A DNA stretch of 64,000 bases, from the NCBI GenBank assembly GCA_945870425.1, contig CAMBSD010000010.1, forward strand, positions 13,653-77,652, read 5' to 3'. The notes below the pieces were generated by a model. That model was given only the letters and a program-made list of their open reading frames with translations. It was not told the DNA's origin and did no database searches. This DNA comes from Chitinophaga pinensis. GTDB taxonomy: Bacteria; Bacteroidota; Bacteroidia; UKL13-3. The position numbers and the translations under genes were made by a program. This document shows, in pieces, positions 28,601 to 38,500 of this stretch; position 1 is the stretch's first letter, and the number at the start of each line of letters is the position of its first letter.

Positions 28601-29488
28601 CAAGTAACTGATTATGAAATTGGTTTCCGTCAACAAATTGGAGATAATTCAAGTTTAGGTATCATTGGTTCATACCGTGAGTTCAAAAACTTGATTCAAC
28701 AATACAAATATGTTCAAGCTTGGCCATTTGACTATATCACCTATGGAAACTTAGATTTCTCTACTGTTAAAAGTTTCCGATTGGAATATGAGTTGAGAGA
28801 TTTAGGTAACGTAAATATCTCAGCAAACTATCAATTGCAATTTGTTGAAGGAACAGGTTCAGGAACTAATACTTCAGGTAATTTAGTCAATGCTGGTTTG
28901 GGCCAGTTAAGAACTGTATTCCCTCTAGATTACGATACACGTCATACCATCAAAGGTACATTTGACTTCCATTATAAAGATGGTAAGAAATATGATGGTC
29001 CAGTTGTAAGAGGTAAGAAAATTTTAGAAAATGCAGGTTTCAATATTATATTTAATACTGTTTCGGGTAGACCGTATACCCAAAATACAATCGCAGTGCC
29101 TGAAGGATTAAGTGGTGTTTCGGCTCGTTCTCCAATTAAAGGTACTATCAATGGTTCAAACCTACCTGCACAGTTTTATACCGACTTAAACGTTGATAAG
29201 AACTTTACTTTCACAAGCAAAAAAATTGATGGAAGAACGGTTGAATACAGAATGAGAATATTCTTAATCATTCAAAACTTATTTAATGAAGCCAACGTTC
29301 TAGGCGTATACAGATATACAGGTAGTGCCTATTCAGATGGGTTTGTTACTTCTCCGCAAGCAATTGAAAGTTTGCGTGCTTCAACCAATGTACAATCTTT
29401 TGTTGACTTGTATAATACAAGGATAGTTAATCCTGGCAATTTTGCCTTGCCTCGTTTAACCCGTTTTGGTATTCAATTAACATTTTAA
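25688..29488 (+). CDS. Large TonB-dependent receptor with N-terminal carboxypeptidase-regulatory-like domain
   Basis: GEIRGKVID N-terminal domain, plug NIRGGR..NTAYYIDG and QVITGG.PAQYGD..GG, barrel motifs LRLGVRVERFD and SPRVWFSFPIS, C-terminal PR..RFGIQLTF. Confidence 0.9.
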   Translation: MMKKIYILLIALFAIHFAAQAQSGFGEIRGKVIDEKTKKPMDYVTVTAYLNGIAKASTQTDDEGGYTFKTLQVGEYSIKAYYSGYPLQTVTDIGVNPDGITFVNVTMEQNVNLKEVVIKDKPALIRKDGVSGAQFNAAKIMALPQRNVNAVANLTAGVESRGGATPNIRGGRSENTAYYIDGIRVQGGSSTGIASNAIDQIQVITGGTPAQYGDFIGGAISITTKAPTKRFIRSIEYTTSTPFTGYLDNSQFNQLEGVLSGPLKIINKGKGDKERVLIGFLLSTNINYQLDGRLPSTDIYKVNDTKLAELQARPLTLASNGSLVYSAEFLRKTDLEKVDYRQNVPQYAINLQGNFNFQPAENINIRLGYQGNYFNGRDYSYYSSLMNASNNPLRNDYTVRAYLQFTQTFNKKKDEEKDKKEAKGGITDAFYTVRVSYENRFVEVMDAVHQKNFFDYGYIGQFKTYKAPAFERISKSFGQAPDTFKVNGNDYYLTSYWKQNSFRDTAYRFVPGDANPVLANYTKTVYDLLGNSNIRTVDDLLGSRGLTNGSQPDGIYSFMWGNVGTNQASYAKLNNETYSAYIMSEASVAPKSNPKAKHDLQFGINIEQQYNRSYSLGAVGLWTAMRQLANEKFPGEGNLDPATAKLKFDANGVFQDTVTFDRAVADSLTNQFGENLRNKLRDMGATDISGRPIDSKSYIDVNSYNPNTFSLDMFSANDLLRNGVGSLVSYNGYDYLGNRVGGQPGIKDWIKNRALPAYQPTYAAAWFQDKFVFKDLILRLGVRVERFDANQPVLKDPFSLVPIYTAGDVKNGNIKGLASQIPSTIGDGYAVYVDRAGVDQALSNNNINITGFRSGDKWYDKNGNYVSDPNTLNKNYQTLNGQNAPLLVDPTKPETPTENSFKDYVPDVKVSPRVWFSFPISTTSQFFGTYDILTQRPAAAGFSPNNAQFDDYFFLQYRRGGAINNPDLKFTQVTDYEIGFRQQIGDNSSLGIIGSYREFKNLIQQYKYVQAWPFDYITYGNLDFSTVKSFRLEYELRDLGNVNISANYQLQFVEGTGSGTNTSGNLVNAGLGQLRTVFPLDYDTRHTIKGTFDFHYKDGKKYDGPVVRGKKILENAGFNIIFNTVSGRPYTQNTIAVPEGLSGVSARSPIKGTINGSNLPAQFYTDLNVDKNFTFTSKKIDGRTVEYRMRIFLIIQNLFNEANVLGVYRYTGSAYSDGFVTSPQAIESLRASTNVQSFVDLYNTRIVNPGNFALPRLTRFGIQLTF

Positions 29489-29499
29489 TAATTACTCAT

Positions 29500-32400
29500 A
29501 TGAAAGTATATACATATAAAACTCAATTTTTTAAAAGTTTATTATTCTTACTTGCTATTGCAACATCAGGCGCTAACCTATACGCAAAAGAGAATGTAAG
29601 AAACAGAGAAGAGAAAAGAACACCCTCTAATCAAATGGCAATCGGACAGATTTTACAGAAAGGTTCAGGATGTACGGTGGGTTCTCAGCAGAAAGAATTG
29701 TCAATTAATAATGTTCGCACTCGTATTTTGAATGGGGGAGACATGTGGTGGGATTTACAAAGCGCGAAATATGAAATACCAAAAGTACCTGCAGGACAAG
29801 TTTCAAAGAACTCATTGTTTGCTGGAGCTTTATGGATTGGTGGTGTAAGTAGTGGAAACTTAAGATTAGCTGCCCAAACTTACCGTCAAGGTGGTAGTGA
29901 TTATTTTCCTGGGCCGCTTATCGCTGGTTCTGCAACTATTTCATCATCTCGTTGTAAAGATTTCGATAAAATTTGGAAGATACAGTTACAAGAGATTGTT
30001 AATTTTCAGAATGATGCACAAGCAGCTGTAGATGCAAATAATGATTTTTTAACTTGGCCAGGTAATGGAAAAGTATCAGACGGAGAGGCTGCATTTCTCG
30101 CACCTTATTACAATGCCCCAAGCGATGAAGCAAAAGGTATCATAAATGACCCCAATTTATATGAGCCTGAAAAAGGAGATTTTCCTTCACTAGACCAAAA
30201 CAGAAAAGACAATATTCCTGATGAAATGATTTATATTCTTTATAATGATAAAGGAAATGTTCATACTGAAACAGGAGGGCTTCCAATTGGATTGGAATTA
30301 CATACACAATGTTTTGCTTTTGCTACAAACAATGAATTGAACAATACTACATTATATAGAACTACTATCTATAACAGAGGAAATGAAACAATTGACTCAT
30401 GTGTTTTTGGTCAATGGGTTGATCCTGATTTAGGTAACTATACAGATGATTATGTTGAGTGTGATTTAGCTGTTGATCCTGTAAACAATGTTCCAAGAAA
30501 TTTGGGTATTTGTTATAATGGTGATGATAATGATGAAGGTGTATTTGGTTATGGATTGAATCCCCCTAGTATTGGTGTTCGTTTTTTCGAAGGTCCTAAG
30601 AAAGCCGATGGAACCTTATTGGGTATGACTAAATTTATTTATTATAACAATGACTTTTCTGTAATAGGTAATCCCAATAGACCATCAGATTATTGGGGTT
30701 ATTTGAATGGAAGATGGAAAGATAACAAAGTAATTACTTACGGTGGAAATGGTAGAGACGGGGCTGATACATCTAGCTTTATGTTCCCTGGTAAAACCGA
30801 TCCAGCTGGAAGGGTTAATTGGACGGAAAGAACTGCCAACAACGCTCCTGGTGATAGACGTTTTCTTCAAACTTCAGGTCCATTCAGTATGTTGCCTGGA
30901 GCCGTAAATAAAGTAACTGTTGGTGTTGTTTGGGCTAGAGCAACCACTGGAGGTGCCACAGGGTCATTCAATTTACTGAAAACAGCTAGTGATAGAGCTT
31001 ATCAATTGTTTAAAGCTGATTTTGTTAATCCCAAATCACCGATTGCGCCTGATGTAACAATTACTGAATTAAATAGAGAGTTAATTTTAACCCTTAATAA
31101 CTATAAGACAACAGAATCTTTTGTAGACACCATCAAAGGGCCTTGCAATGAAAAAACTAAAATTAAATTTCAAGGATATAAAATTTATCAATTGAAAAAC
31201 AATAATTCAGGAGCTGATTTATCAGATCCAACCCAAGCAAAATTGGTAGCTCAGTGTGATATTCAAGATGAATATACCAGATTGACCAATGTTGTAAGAG
31301 ATATAGAGTTGGGTCAATCATATAAAGTTGTTCAAGTAGATGGAGAAAATAAAGGTATTAGACATACTTTTAGTTTAACCCAAGATGCATTCTCTACCCT
31401 TTCAGATAGAAGATTTGTTAATTTTAACGAATACCATTTCTTGTTGGTTGCTTATGCTAATCCTGTAAACTGTCCAATTGTTGAAGAACAATACATTTCA
31501 GGAAGTACAAATATTTCAACAGGTACTTCATTAGTGCATACGGGTACACCTCATGATCCAACCCCAAGAGCAGAAGGTTCTGTTATTAACTCAAGTTTAA
31601 ATACCGGCCCTGAAATTACTAGGATTGAAGGTATTGGAAATGGCGGTAATACAATAAGACTTTCAAGAAAAACAATCGAAGAATGTTTAACTTCACCAAA
31701 TTATGCTGCTATAGCACCTACCTACGAAAAAGGATTTAGCCCTGTTACTATTAGAGTATTTGATCCATTCAAAGTTCCATTAGCTGATTTTGAATTGAAA
31801 TTGGTTGATAGTTCTTCTTATGGCAATAAAGCAGATTCTATTTCAGCTCCAAGCACAAGATGGTTTTTAACTAGACTTGGTCCTAATTCTAAAACTATTT
31901 CATCTGAAGTTGCTATTTCTGTTAATAATGAGCAAATAATAGAAGAGTGGGGATTAGCACTTAATGTCACCTCTACAATCAGGCCGGGAAATCAAACATC
32001 TCAGTTTGACTTGACAAATGGTTTTATTTCGGGAGAATTGACTTATGAAAATACTTCAAACAGATGGTTGACGGGTGTGGCGGATGAAGATGCTAACTAT
32101 CTATCTAGTATGGGATATCCTGAGTCTGTGACCATTCCTTTTAATTGGATTAGGTCGGGGGCAAGTGGAAAATCTAATAACTATAATGATCCTTTAAGAA
32201 ATGACTTTTCGATTGGTGGTGAGGCAATGGATGCTGGTAAAAACTTTGGTAAAATATTAGGAGGCACTTGGGCTCCTTACGGATTGGCTGCAAAAGAGGT
32301 AAGTACGAATACCCCTACTTTAGGACCTGGATGTAAAATCACAACAGGGGGTGGAAGTACTGATAATACATTGAATGATTTACAAAGCGTAGACATTGTG

Positions 32401-33426
32401 TTTACAAACGATAGAAGCAAGTGGAGCAGATGTGCGGTAGTTGAAACAGGAGAGTTAGCTGCATTTAATGTTGGAAATGCCGACAAATTTGACCTTAGAG
32501 CTTCTCCATCTGTAGATAAATTTGGTAAGCCTGACGGCACTGGAAATGGTATGGGTTGGTTCCCTGGCTACGCAATTAATGTTGAAACAGGTGAACGTTT
32601 GAACATTATGTTTGGAGAAGATTCTTCTATTCCATCAGAAAATGGAAATGACATGATTTGGAACCCTACCAAAAATCTTCTTTCAAAAAATTTCTTAAGC
32701 CCGGTATTTGGCGGAAAACATTATGTCTATATTATGGGTAACAAGAAGTTTAAATCGGGAACTAAAGAGGTTGGTACTAAATATGACTTATGTGCCTCAT
32801 ATGCTTCTATATTAAGTGATGCAAGTATCTCTAATAAGTCATTAAGAAAAAGATTGGTATTTTCTCAAGCTATGTGGGTTACTATGCCTATGGTTAAAAA
32901 CGATAGAAATGTAAGTTTAGCTTCAATTGAAGGAGGTATTGTGCCGAATGAAGTTACTGTTCGATTAAGGGTTAAACGTCCTTATGCAAAATACATCAAT
33001 TCGCTAACCACCACACCTTTGGCTAATGACAGCGCTCCATTGTATAGATTCTCAACAGCTAGTGTTTTTCCTGATAAAGCAAATTCAGACGCTGCCAAAA
33101 AAGCTTTGGACATGATTACCGTTTCTCCTAATCCTTATTATGCTTATGCAGGTTACGAGAATCCAAATAACCAATTGGATACCAGAGTTAAGATCATTAA
33201 TTTACCAAATAAATGTACGGTATCAATCTTTACCATGAACGGTTTCTTGGTACGAAGATTTAAAAAGGATGATGACAAAACCCATTTAGATTGGGATTTG
33301 AAAAATGAAGCCTTAGTTCCTATTGTGAGTGGTATATATTTGGTTCATATTGATGCTCCAAATATGGGTGAGAGGGTTATTAAATGGTTTGGAATTATGC
33401 GTCCTGTAGATTTTGATACATTCTAG
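29500..33426 (+). CDS. Large T9SS-secreted protein of unknown function
   Basis: Signal peptide; INNVRTRILNGGDMWWD and LFAGALWIGG; C-terminal VSPNPYY...IINLP..CTVSIFTMNG.LVR...WDLKN...SGIYLVHI (FlgD-Ig-like CTD). Confidence 0.85.
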   Translation: MKVYTYKTQFFKSLLFLLAIATSGANLYAKENVRNREEKRTPSNQMAIGQILQKGSGCTVGSQQKELSINNVRTRILNGGDMWWDLQSAKYEIPKVPAGQVSKNSLFAGALWIGGVSSGNLRLAAQTYRQGGSDYFPGPLIAGSATISSSRCKDFDKIWKIQLQEIVNFQNDAQAAVDANNDFLTWPGNGKVSDGEAAFLAPYYNAPSDEAKGIINDPNLYEPEKGDFPSLDQNRKDNIPDEMIYILYNDKGNVHTETGGLPIGLELHTQCFAFATNNELNNTTLYRTTIYNRGNETIDSCVFGQWVDPDLGNYTDDYVECDLAVDPVNNVPRNLGICYNGDDNDEGVFGYGLNPPSIGVRFFEGPKKADGTLLGMTKFIYYNNDFSVIGNPNRPSDYWGYLNGRWKDNKVITYGGNGRDGADTSSFMFPGKTDPAGRVNWTERTANNAPGDRRFLQTSGPFSMLPGAVNKVTVGVVWARATTGGATGSFNLLKTASDRAYQLFKADFVNPKSPIAPDVTITELNRELILTLNNYKTTESFVDTIKGPCNEKTKIKFQGYKIYQLKNNNSGADLSDPTQAKLVAQCDIQDEYTRLTNVVRDIELGQSYKVVQVDGENKGIRHTFSLTQDAFSTLSDRRFVNFNEYHFLLVAYANPVNCPIVEEQYISGSTNISTGTSLVHTGTPHDPTPRAEGSVINSSLNTGPEITRIEGIGNGGNTIRLSRKTIEECLTSPNYAAIAPTYEKGFSPVTIRVFDPFKVPLADFELKLVDSSSYGNKADSISAPSTRWFLTRLGPNSKTISSEVAISVNNEQIIEEWGLALNVTSTIRPGNQTSQFDLTNGFISGELTYENTSNRWLTGVADEDANYLSSMGYPESVTIPFNWIRSGASGKSNNYNDPLRNDFSIGGEAMDAGKNFGKILGGTWAPYGLAAKEVSTNTPTLGPGCKITTGGGSTDNTLNDLQSVDIVFTNDRSKWSRCAVVETGELAAFNVGNADKFDLRASPSVDKFGKPDGTGNGMGWFPGYAINVETGERLNIMFGEDSSIPSENGNDMIWNPTKNLLSKNFLSPVFGGKHYVYIMGNKKFKSGTKEVGTKYDLCASYASILSDASISNKSLRKRLVFSQAMWVTMPMVKNDRNVSLASIEGGIVPNEVTVRLRVKRPYAKYINSLTTTPLANDSAPLYRFSTASVFPDKANSDAAKKALDMITVSPNPYYAYAGYENPNNQLDTRVKIINLPNKCTVSIFTMNGFLVRRFKKDDDKTHLDWDLKNEALVPIVSGIYLVHIDAPNMGERVIKWFGIMRPVDFDTF

Positions 33427-33439
33427 TACTTTAAAACAA

Positions 33440-34543
33440 ATGAAAATTACAATGAAAAGATCTTTAAAAATAGTATTAATAATTTGTGCAATGGCACTTC
33501 AGAATGTGCAAGCAGGAAATCCTGATAGGGCAGGAGGGGCAGGTGCTACACAGTTATTATTTAACCCTTATGCAAGGTCATTTGGCTATGGAGGTGTAAA
33601 TACGGCATCAGTAAAAGGCCTAGAGTCATTTTACCTGAATATTGCCGGTTTAGCAAATGCTGATAAAACAGAGGTAACCTTCTCTCGTCAAAATTATTTG
33701 ATGGGTGCGGGTGTAAATATTAATAACCTTGGTATTGCACAAAAAATAGGTGAAAATGGTGGTGTTATTGGTTTAGGAGTTATGTCATTTGATTTTGGCA
33801 ATATTCCAACTGCTTCATATGAAAACCCTGATTTAACATTACCTTTTTATAATCTTCAGGTACTTAATTTTGGTTTCTCATATGCAAAGAAGTTCTCGAA
33901 TAGTATATCTGGTGGTATTCTATTGAGAATAGTTTCTGAAGGAGTATCTAATGCAAGTTCTAGTGGTGTTTGCTTTGATGGAGGTGTTCAGTACCAAACT
34001 TCATTAAATAGAACTAAGAAAATCAAAAAAGAGGATTTTAGATTTGGTATCTCTGTTAGAAATCTAGGAGCTAATATGTCTTATTACGGTAATGGTTTGT
34101 CGTTTCGTTCAATTAACCAATCAACTGGTGCTGATAGAAGGGCTTTAATGGCCGCAGAATCATTTAATATGCCAGCTTTGGTGCACATTGGTGCCTCTTA
34201 TGATATGCGTTTAGATGCTAACCCTGATACCTATAATCATAAATTGACCGCGTCTGCTAATTTTAATTATAATGCCTTTCAATCTGATGTTTTGGGTTTA
34301 GGTGCAGAATATTCGTACAAAGATGCTTTTATGGTTAGAGCTGCTTATAACCATATTGATGGTAATTTTAGTTCTACTGATAATAGACAACCGGTTTATG
34401 GAATCTATACAGGATGCACTCTTCAAATGCCAGTTACTAAGACAGGAACTATCTTGGCATTCGACTATGGTTATGCCCCAACTAGATTCTTTAGTGGTAT
34501 TCAAACCATTGGAGTTAGATTATCTTTAGGAAATAGTAAATAA
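33440..34543 (+). CDS. PorV/PorQ family outer-membrane beta-barrel
   Basis: GNPDRAGGAGATQLLFNPYARS, NIAGLA, YAKKFS..ISGG, FDGGVQY, FGISVRNLG; ATG at 33440 or 33452 preferred over TTG at 33413. Confidence 0.85.
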   Translation: MKITMKRSLKIVLIICAMALQNVQAGNPDRAGGAGATQLLFNPYARSFGYGGVNTASVKGLESFYLNIAGLANADKTEVTFSRQNYLMGAGVNINNLGIAQKIGENGGVIGLGVMSFDFGNIPTASYENPDLTLPFYNLQVLNFGFSYAKKFSNSISGGILLRIVSEGVSNASSSGVCFDGGVQYQTSLNRTKKIKKEDFRFGISVRNLGANMSYYGNGLSFRSINQSTGADRRALMAAESFNMPALVHIGASYDMRLDANPDTYNHKLTASANFNYNAFQSDVLGLGAEYSYKDAFMVRAAYNHIDGNFSSTDNRQPVYGIYTGCTLQMPVTKTGTILAFDYGYAPTRFFSGIQTIGVRLSLGNSK

Positions 34544-34564
34544 AGAGTTATATTTGTTCACACA

Positions 34565-34603
34565 AAAGAGAAACGTTCGGCTTCGGTCCGGACGTTTCTT
34601 TTG
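34565..34603 (+). terminator. Rho-independent terminator closing the receptor-cargo-PorV operon
   Basis: agaaacgttcgg-cttcggt-ccggacgtttct followed by Ts. Confidence 0.75.
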
Positions 34604-34638
34604 TTTTAATATTAAACCAAAAACAAGATAAAGAGAGT

Positions 34639-35115
34639 ATGAGCGATATTAATTATGTATCAAAAGAGGGATTTGAAAGAATGCAGAAAGAACTTTATGA
34701 ATATAAATTTGTAAAGCGCCCTTTCATATCGAAACAAATCGCAGACGCACGTGATAAAGGTGATTTGAGTGAAAATGCAGAATACCACGCTGCTAAAGAA
34801 GATCAAGGTTTGCTTGAAACTAAAATTGCCCAATTAGAAGATATTATAACAAAGACAAGAATCATTGATGAATCTAAACTTGATATTAGCAAAGTAATGA
34901 TGCTTACTAAGGTTACAGTTCTCAATCATAATGTAAAAAAAGAATTCACCTATATGATTGTATCCGACTCAGAAGCTGATATGAAATTAGGTAAGATCTC
35001 AACAAAATCTCCAATTGGTGCAGGTTTAATTGGCAAGAAATTGGGTGATATTGTTGAAATAAATGCCCCTGCGGGTGTCATAAAATTAGAAGTTATAAAT
35101 ATTAGTCTTACTTAA
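34639..35115 (+). CDS. greA: Transcription elongation factor GreA
   Basis: ARDKGDLSENAEYHAAKEDQ, ISTKSPIGAGLIGK. Confidence 0.98.
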   Translation: MSDINYVSKEGFERMQKELYEYKFVKRPFISKQIADARDKGDLSENAEYHAAKEDQGLLETKIAQLEDIITKTRIIDESKLDISKVMMLTKVTVLNHNVKKEFTYMIVSDSEADMKLGKISTKSPIGAGLIGKKLGDIVEINAPAGVIKLEVINISLT

Positions 35116-35116
35116 T

Positions 35117-35515
35117 ATGTCGAGTATTTTCACTAAAATTATTAATGGTGAAATTCCATGTTATAAAATAGCTGAAAGCAAAGATTACTTTGCTTTTTTA
35201 GATATAAGACCTTTAACCAGGGGGCATACCTTAGTTGTACCTAAAGTTGAAGTGGATTATATTTTTGATTTGGAAAATGAACTTTATGCAGGGTTGTATT
35301 TGTTTTCTAAAATTGTTGCTGAGGCAATTCAAAAATCTGTTGATTGTAAGAGGGTTGGTACAGCTGTAATTGGCTTAGAAGTGCCTCATGCACATATTCA
35401 TTTGATTCCATTTAATACGATGAATGAAATGAATTTTAGTAATCCCAAATTAGAGTTATCTAAAGAAGAAATGCAGGCTATTGCCAATCATATTAAAAGC
35501 AATCTACCTGCCTAG
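35117..35515 (+). CDS. HIT family protein
   Basis: IFTKIINGEIP, GHTLVVPK, VPHAHIHLIP. Confidence 0.96.
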   Translation: MSSIFTKIINGEIPCYKIAESKDYFAFLDIRPLTRGHTLVVPKVEVDYIFDLENELYAGLYLFSKIVAEAIQKSVDCKRVGTAVIGLEVPHAHIHLIPFNTMNEMNFSNPKLELSKEEMQAIANHIKSNLPA

Positions 35516-35527
35516 TTTTTCGTCTTT

Positions 35528-38500
35528 CTATGGAGTTGACTTAATAATTCCCAAGCTACTATTGATGTCAATCAAAGGATAGTCATTAAAGTCTGTGGAT
35601 GCATCACCATTTAAATCGGTTGCTACATATCCTAAATCTCCATTTGAGCTAGAAATATCTAATGTTGGATAATCATTGAAATCTATGGAACCATCTTGGT
35701 TTATATCTCCACTGAAAATAGCGTATATACCATTCCCCATATCCACCAAGTTACTGCTATAAGCTTGTCCTATTCCACTACTAAAATTGTAGTTGGTTAT
35801 GGCTGAAATGAATACTGGATTTGCACTCCAAGTTTCAATAGCATTCCTATGTAATACTGAGATATAATAGGAGTTGCCAATACTTGCCCCTGGCAATATG
35901 ATGTTTGATAGGCCATTTATATCTAATGTTGATTTTTGAGAGTATTGCGTGGAAAATGGTGCAGTGGATGAATGTAATTCAATCGTAACTGTATCTGCAA
36001 TGCTTAATGATGAGGTGGCATCTGCATTTCTTGGTGCGCTTGTCATTTGATTATTACCAGTGTATAAACCTTGAATGAATGCCGTAATATTTAGGTTAAC
36101 AACATTCGAAGTTATTACTGAGTCAATAGTTGAATTTACTGAGGCGCCACTGGTATTGATGGATTTCAGTCGGTAGTAGTATTTAGTATTAGGATTTAAA
36201 CCTGAAACCATGCTATTATTACCTATAACTGACAAGGCATTGTATCCAGTTATAAAACTTGTAAAGCTTCGATTTGATGATACATCTATGGTGTATGATG
36301 CTGCACCTAGAGCAGGTGTCCAATTTGCCTTGAAACTGTTAGTGCTTATTGTATTTGCAAACAATGCAGTTGGTGGATTGCTGATTGTAGTTATGCTTGA
36401 TTTAGTTGAATTTCCTGAACTGCAGTTACCTATAGATTTTACCCTACAATAATATACTGTTCCAGCAGCCAATCCTGTAATAACTTTGGAATTAGTAGCT
36501 ACGCTTAAAGCATTATAGCCAGAAACAAAGCTGCCAAAATTTGAGTCTATAGATACATCAATTGTATAGGATGTTGCTCCAACTACACTTGACCAATTTG
36601 AGGTAAATGAGTTGACATTTGCTGAAGCACTTGTTAGGTTTGTAGGAGCATTTAGTATGGGGTTAACAGTCACTAATACGGTATCCCTATTTTGAATTCC
36701 TGAAAGGTTATGGGTGGCAGTTACAAAATAGGTGGTTGAAGAACCAGGAGTGGCACTTGGGTTACTAATGTTGGATGCACTTAAACCTGTTATTGGACTC
36801 CATGTGTATGACAAACCATTAACAGATGCACTACCAATACTTGTTGATGCTCCAGTACAAATACTCTTGTCGATGCCTGCATTGGCTGCTACAGTTGCTG
36901 TAACATTTATGTTATCAAGATATAATTTATTGCCATAGCCATTTATATTTTGAAAAGCAATAATCACGCTTGATTGTCCTATATATGGAGTTAAATTAAT
37001 TGAATCCTTTCTCCATTGTGCAGCATTTGGAATAAAGCTAACTGAAGCACTTCCAGCGGTAGATAAGGTAGTTCCACCTTTGGCATATATTCTTGTGAAA
37101 GTGGCACCACAATCTGTAGAAAGTAAAACGGCTAAGGTGTCAGAATATCCCGAATATACTTGGTAGGCTACATCAAAAGTTACCCTAGCAGAATTATAAT
37201 TAGATAAGTCAAACCTGCTAGTTTGAATCTCATCTTTTTGACCCACAATATTCCAACTATAATTATCAAACATCATCGAGTTGGTGGAAGTTGCAAAACC
37301 TCCTGCTGTTGATGCCTTAACCCAAGCATTTCCTACGGTTCCATTATCTATATTTTTCCATCCAATGGGTGGATCAGTGGTTCCTTCAAACCCTTCTGAA
37401 ATGGGCAGATTACCACCACTTGTATTGATGTAATTGCTTTTATTGGCTGTACTGTTGTTTGTGCCATCTGATACCGTTAAGGAAACATTATAAACACCTG
37501 AAGGGAAGGTGACAGTCGGGTTTGATAAAGTTGAACTTGATGGTGTGCCCCCCGTGAAGGTCCAATTTCTGCTTGCTACATTTCCAGTAGATAAATCCGA
37601 AAAGGTAACAGTAGCTCCTGGGCATGGGTTTGTATTGTCAGCTATAAAATTACAGGTAAGGGCTCTTAAATTATTAATAGGTGTTTCCCACATTCCTCTT
37701 CCATAACTTGTATATCGTAACAGTGTATTGGATGTACTGTCGTTAAAAATTGAGATATCAATAGCATCGGTTCTTGAAGGTAAGTTAGTATTGAAAATGG
37801 TCCAGGTATTAGCTGTGGCTATTTTGTAATAAACAGTATTATTGCTTGCAATAAATACCAATTCATTGCTTGAATAATATTCGTCAGCTATAATTTTATC
37901 GTGGTTGACTGAAGGTAGGTTGAATGTGATATTGGTCCAAGTAGCTCCGTTATTTGTTGAGCGATATACCTTGGTATTGATTGTTATGTATATGGTATTA
38001 ATATTTGATTTTATGGTAGTGATATTTGCTTCATTGTTACTTGTGTTGGGTAGTGTGTAGCTTGTAAAACTAGGCGTGGCTGCCAAAGCATTTGTACTCA
38101 CATAAATCAACCCATCGCTTGTGATTACATACAATCTATTTGCATCTGCGAAGTGACAATGCATGGCCATAATTTTTTTACCAAAGTTTGCAATTTGTGA
38201 CCAGCTAGGCGCTCCAGCTGTGAGGTTTGTTGTGCGATAAATTATGGTATCACTTGCAAAAGCTAGGTTAGGATTGCTTCTATGAAAGGTAATATCTGTA
38301 ATATCTTCAACGGTTGATGGAAGTCCATAAGTAGCTTCGCTGCCATTAACTAATCTCCTTTTAGGTAAATTTCTAGCTCCCCAATCTGGATTGTAATAAT
38401 ATGCCATAGAGCTATTAGGCCTGTAATCAAAAACACAATGCGATTGCCAATCGCCACCACGATTGGTGAACCACCCTGATGAATTTGCATATAACTCACC

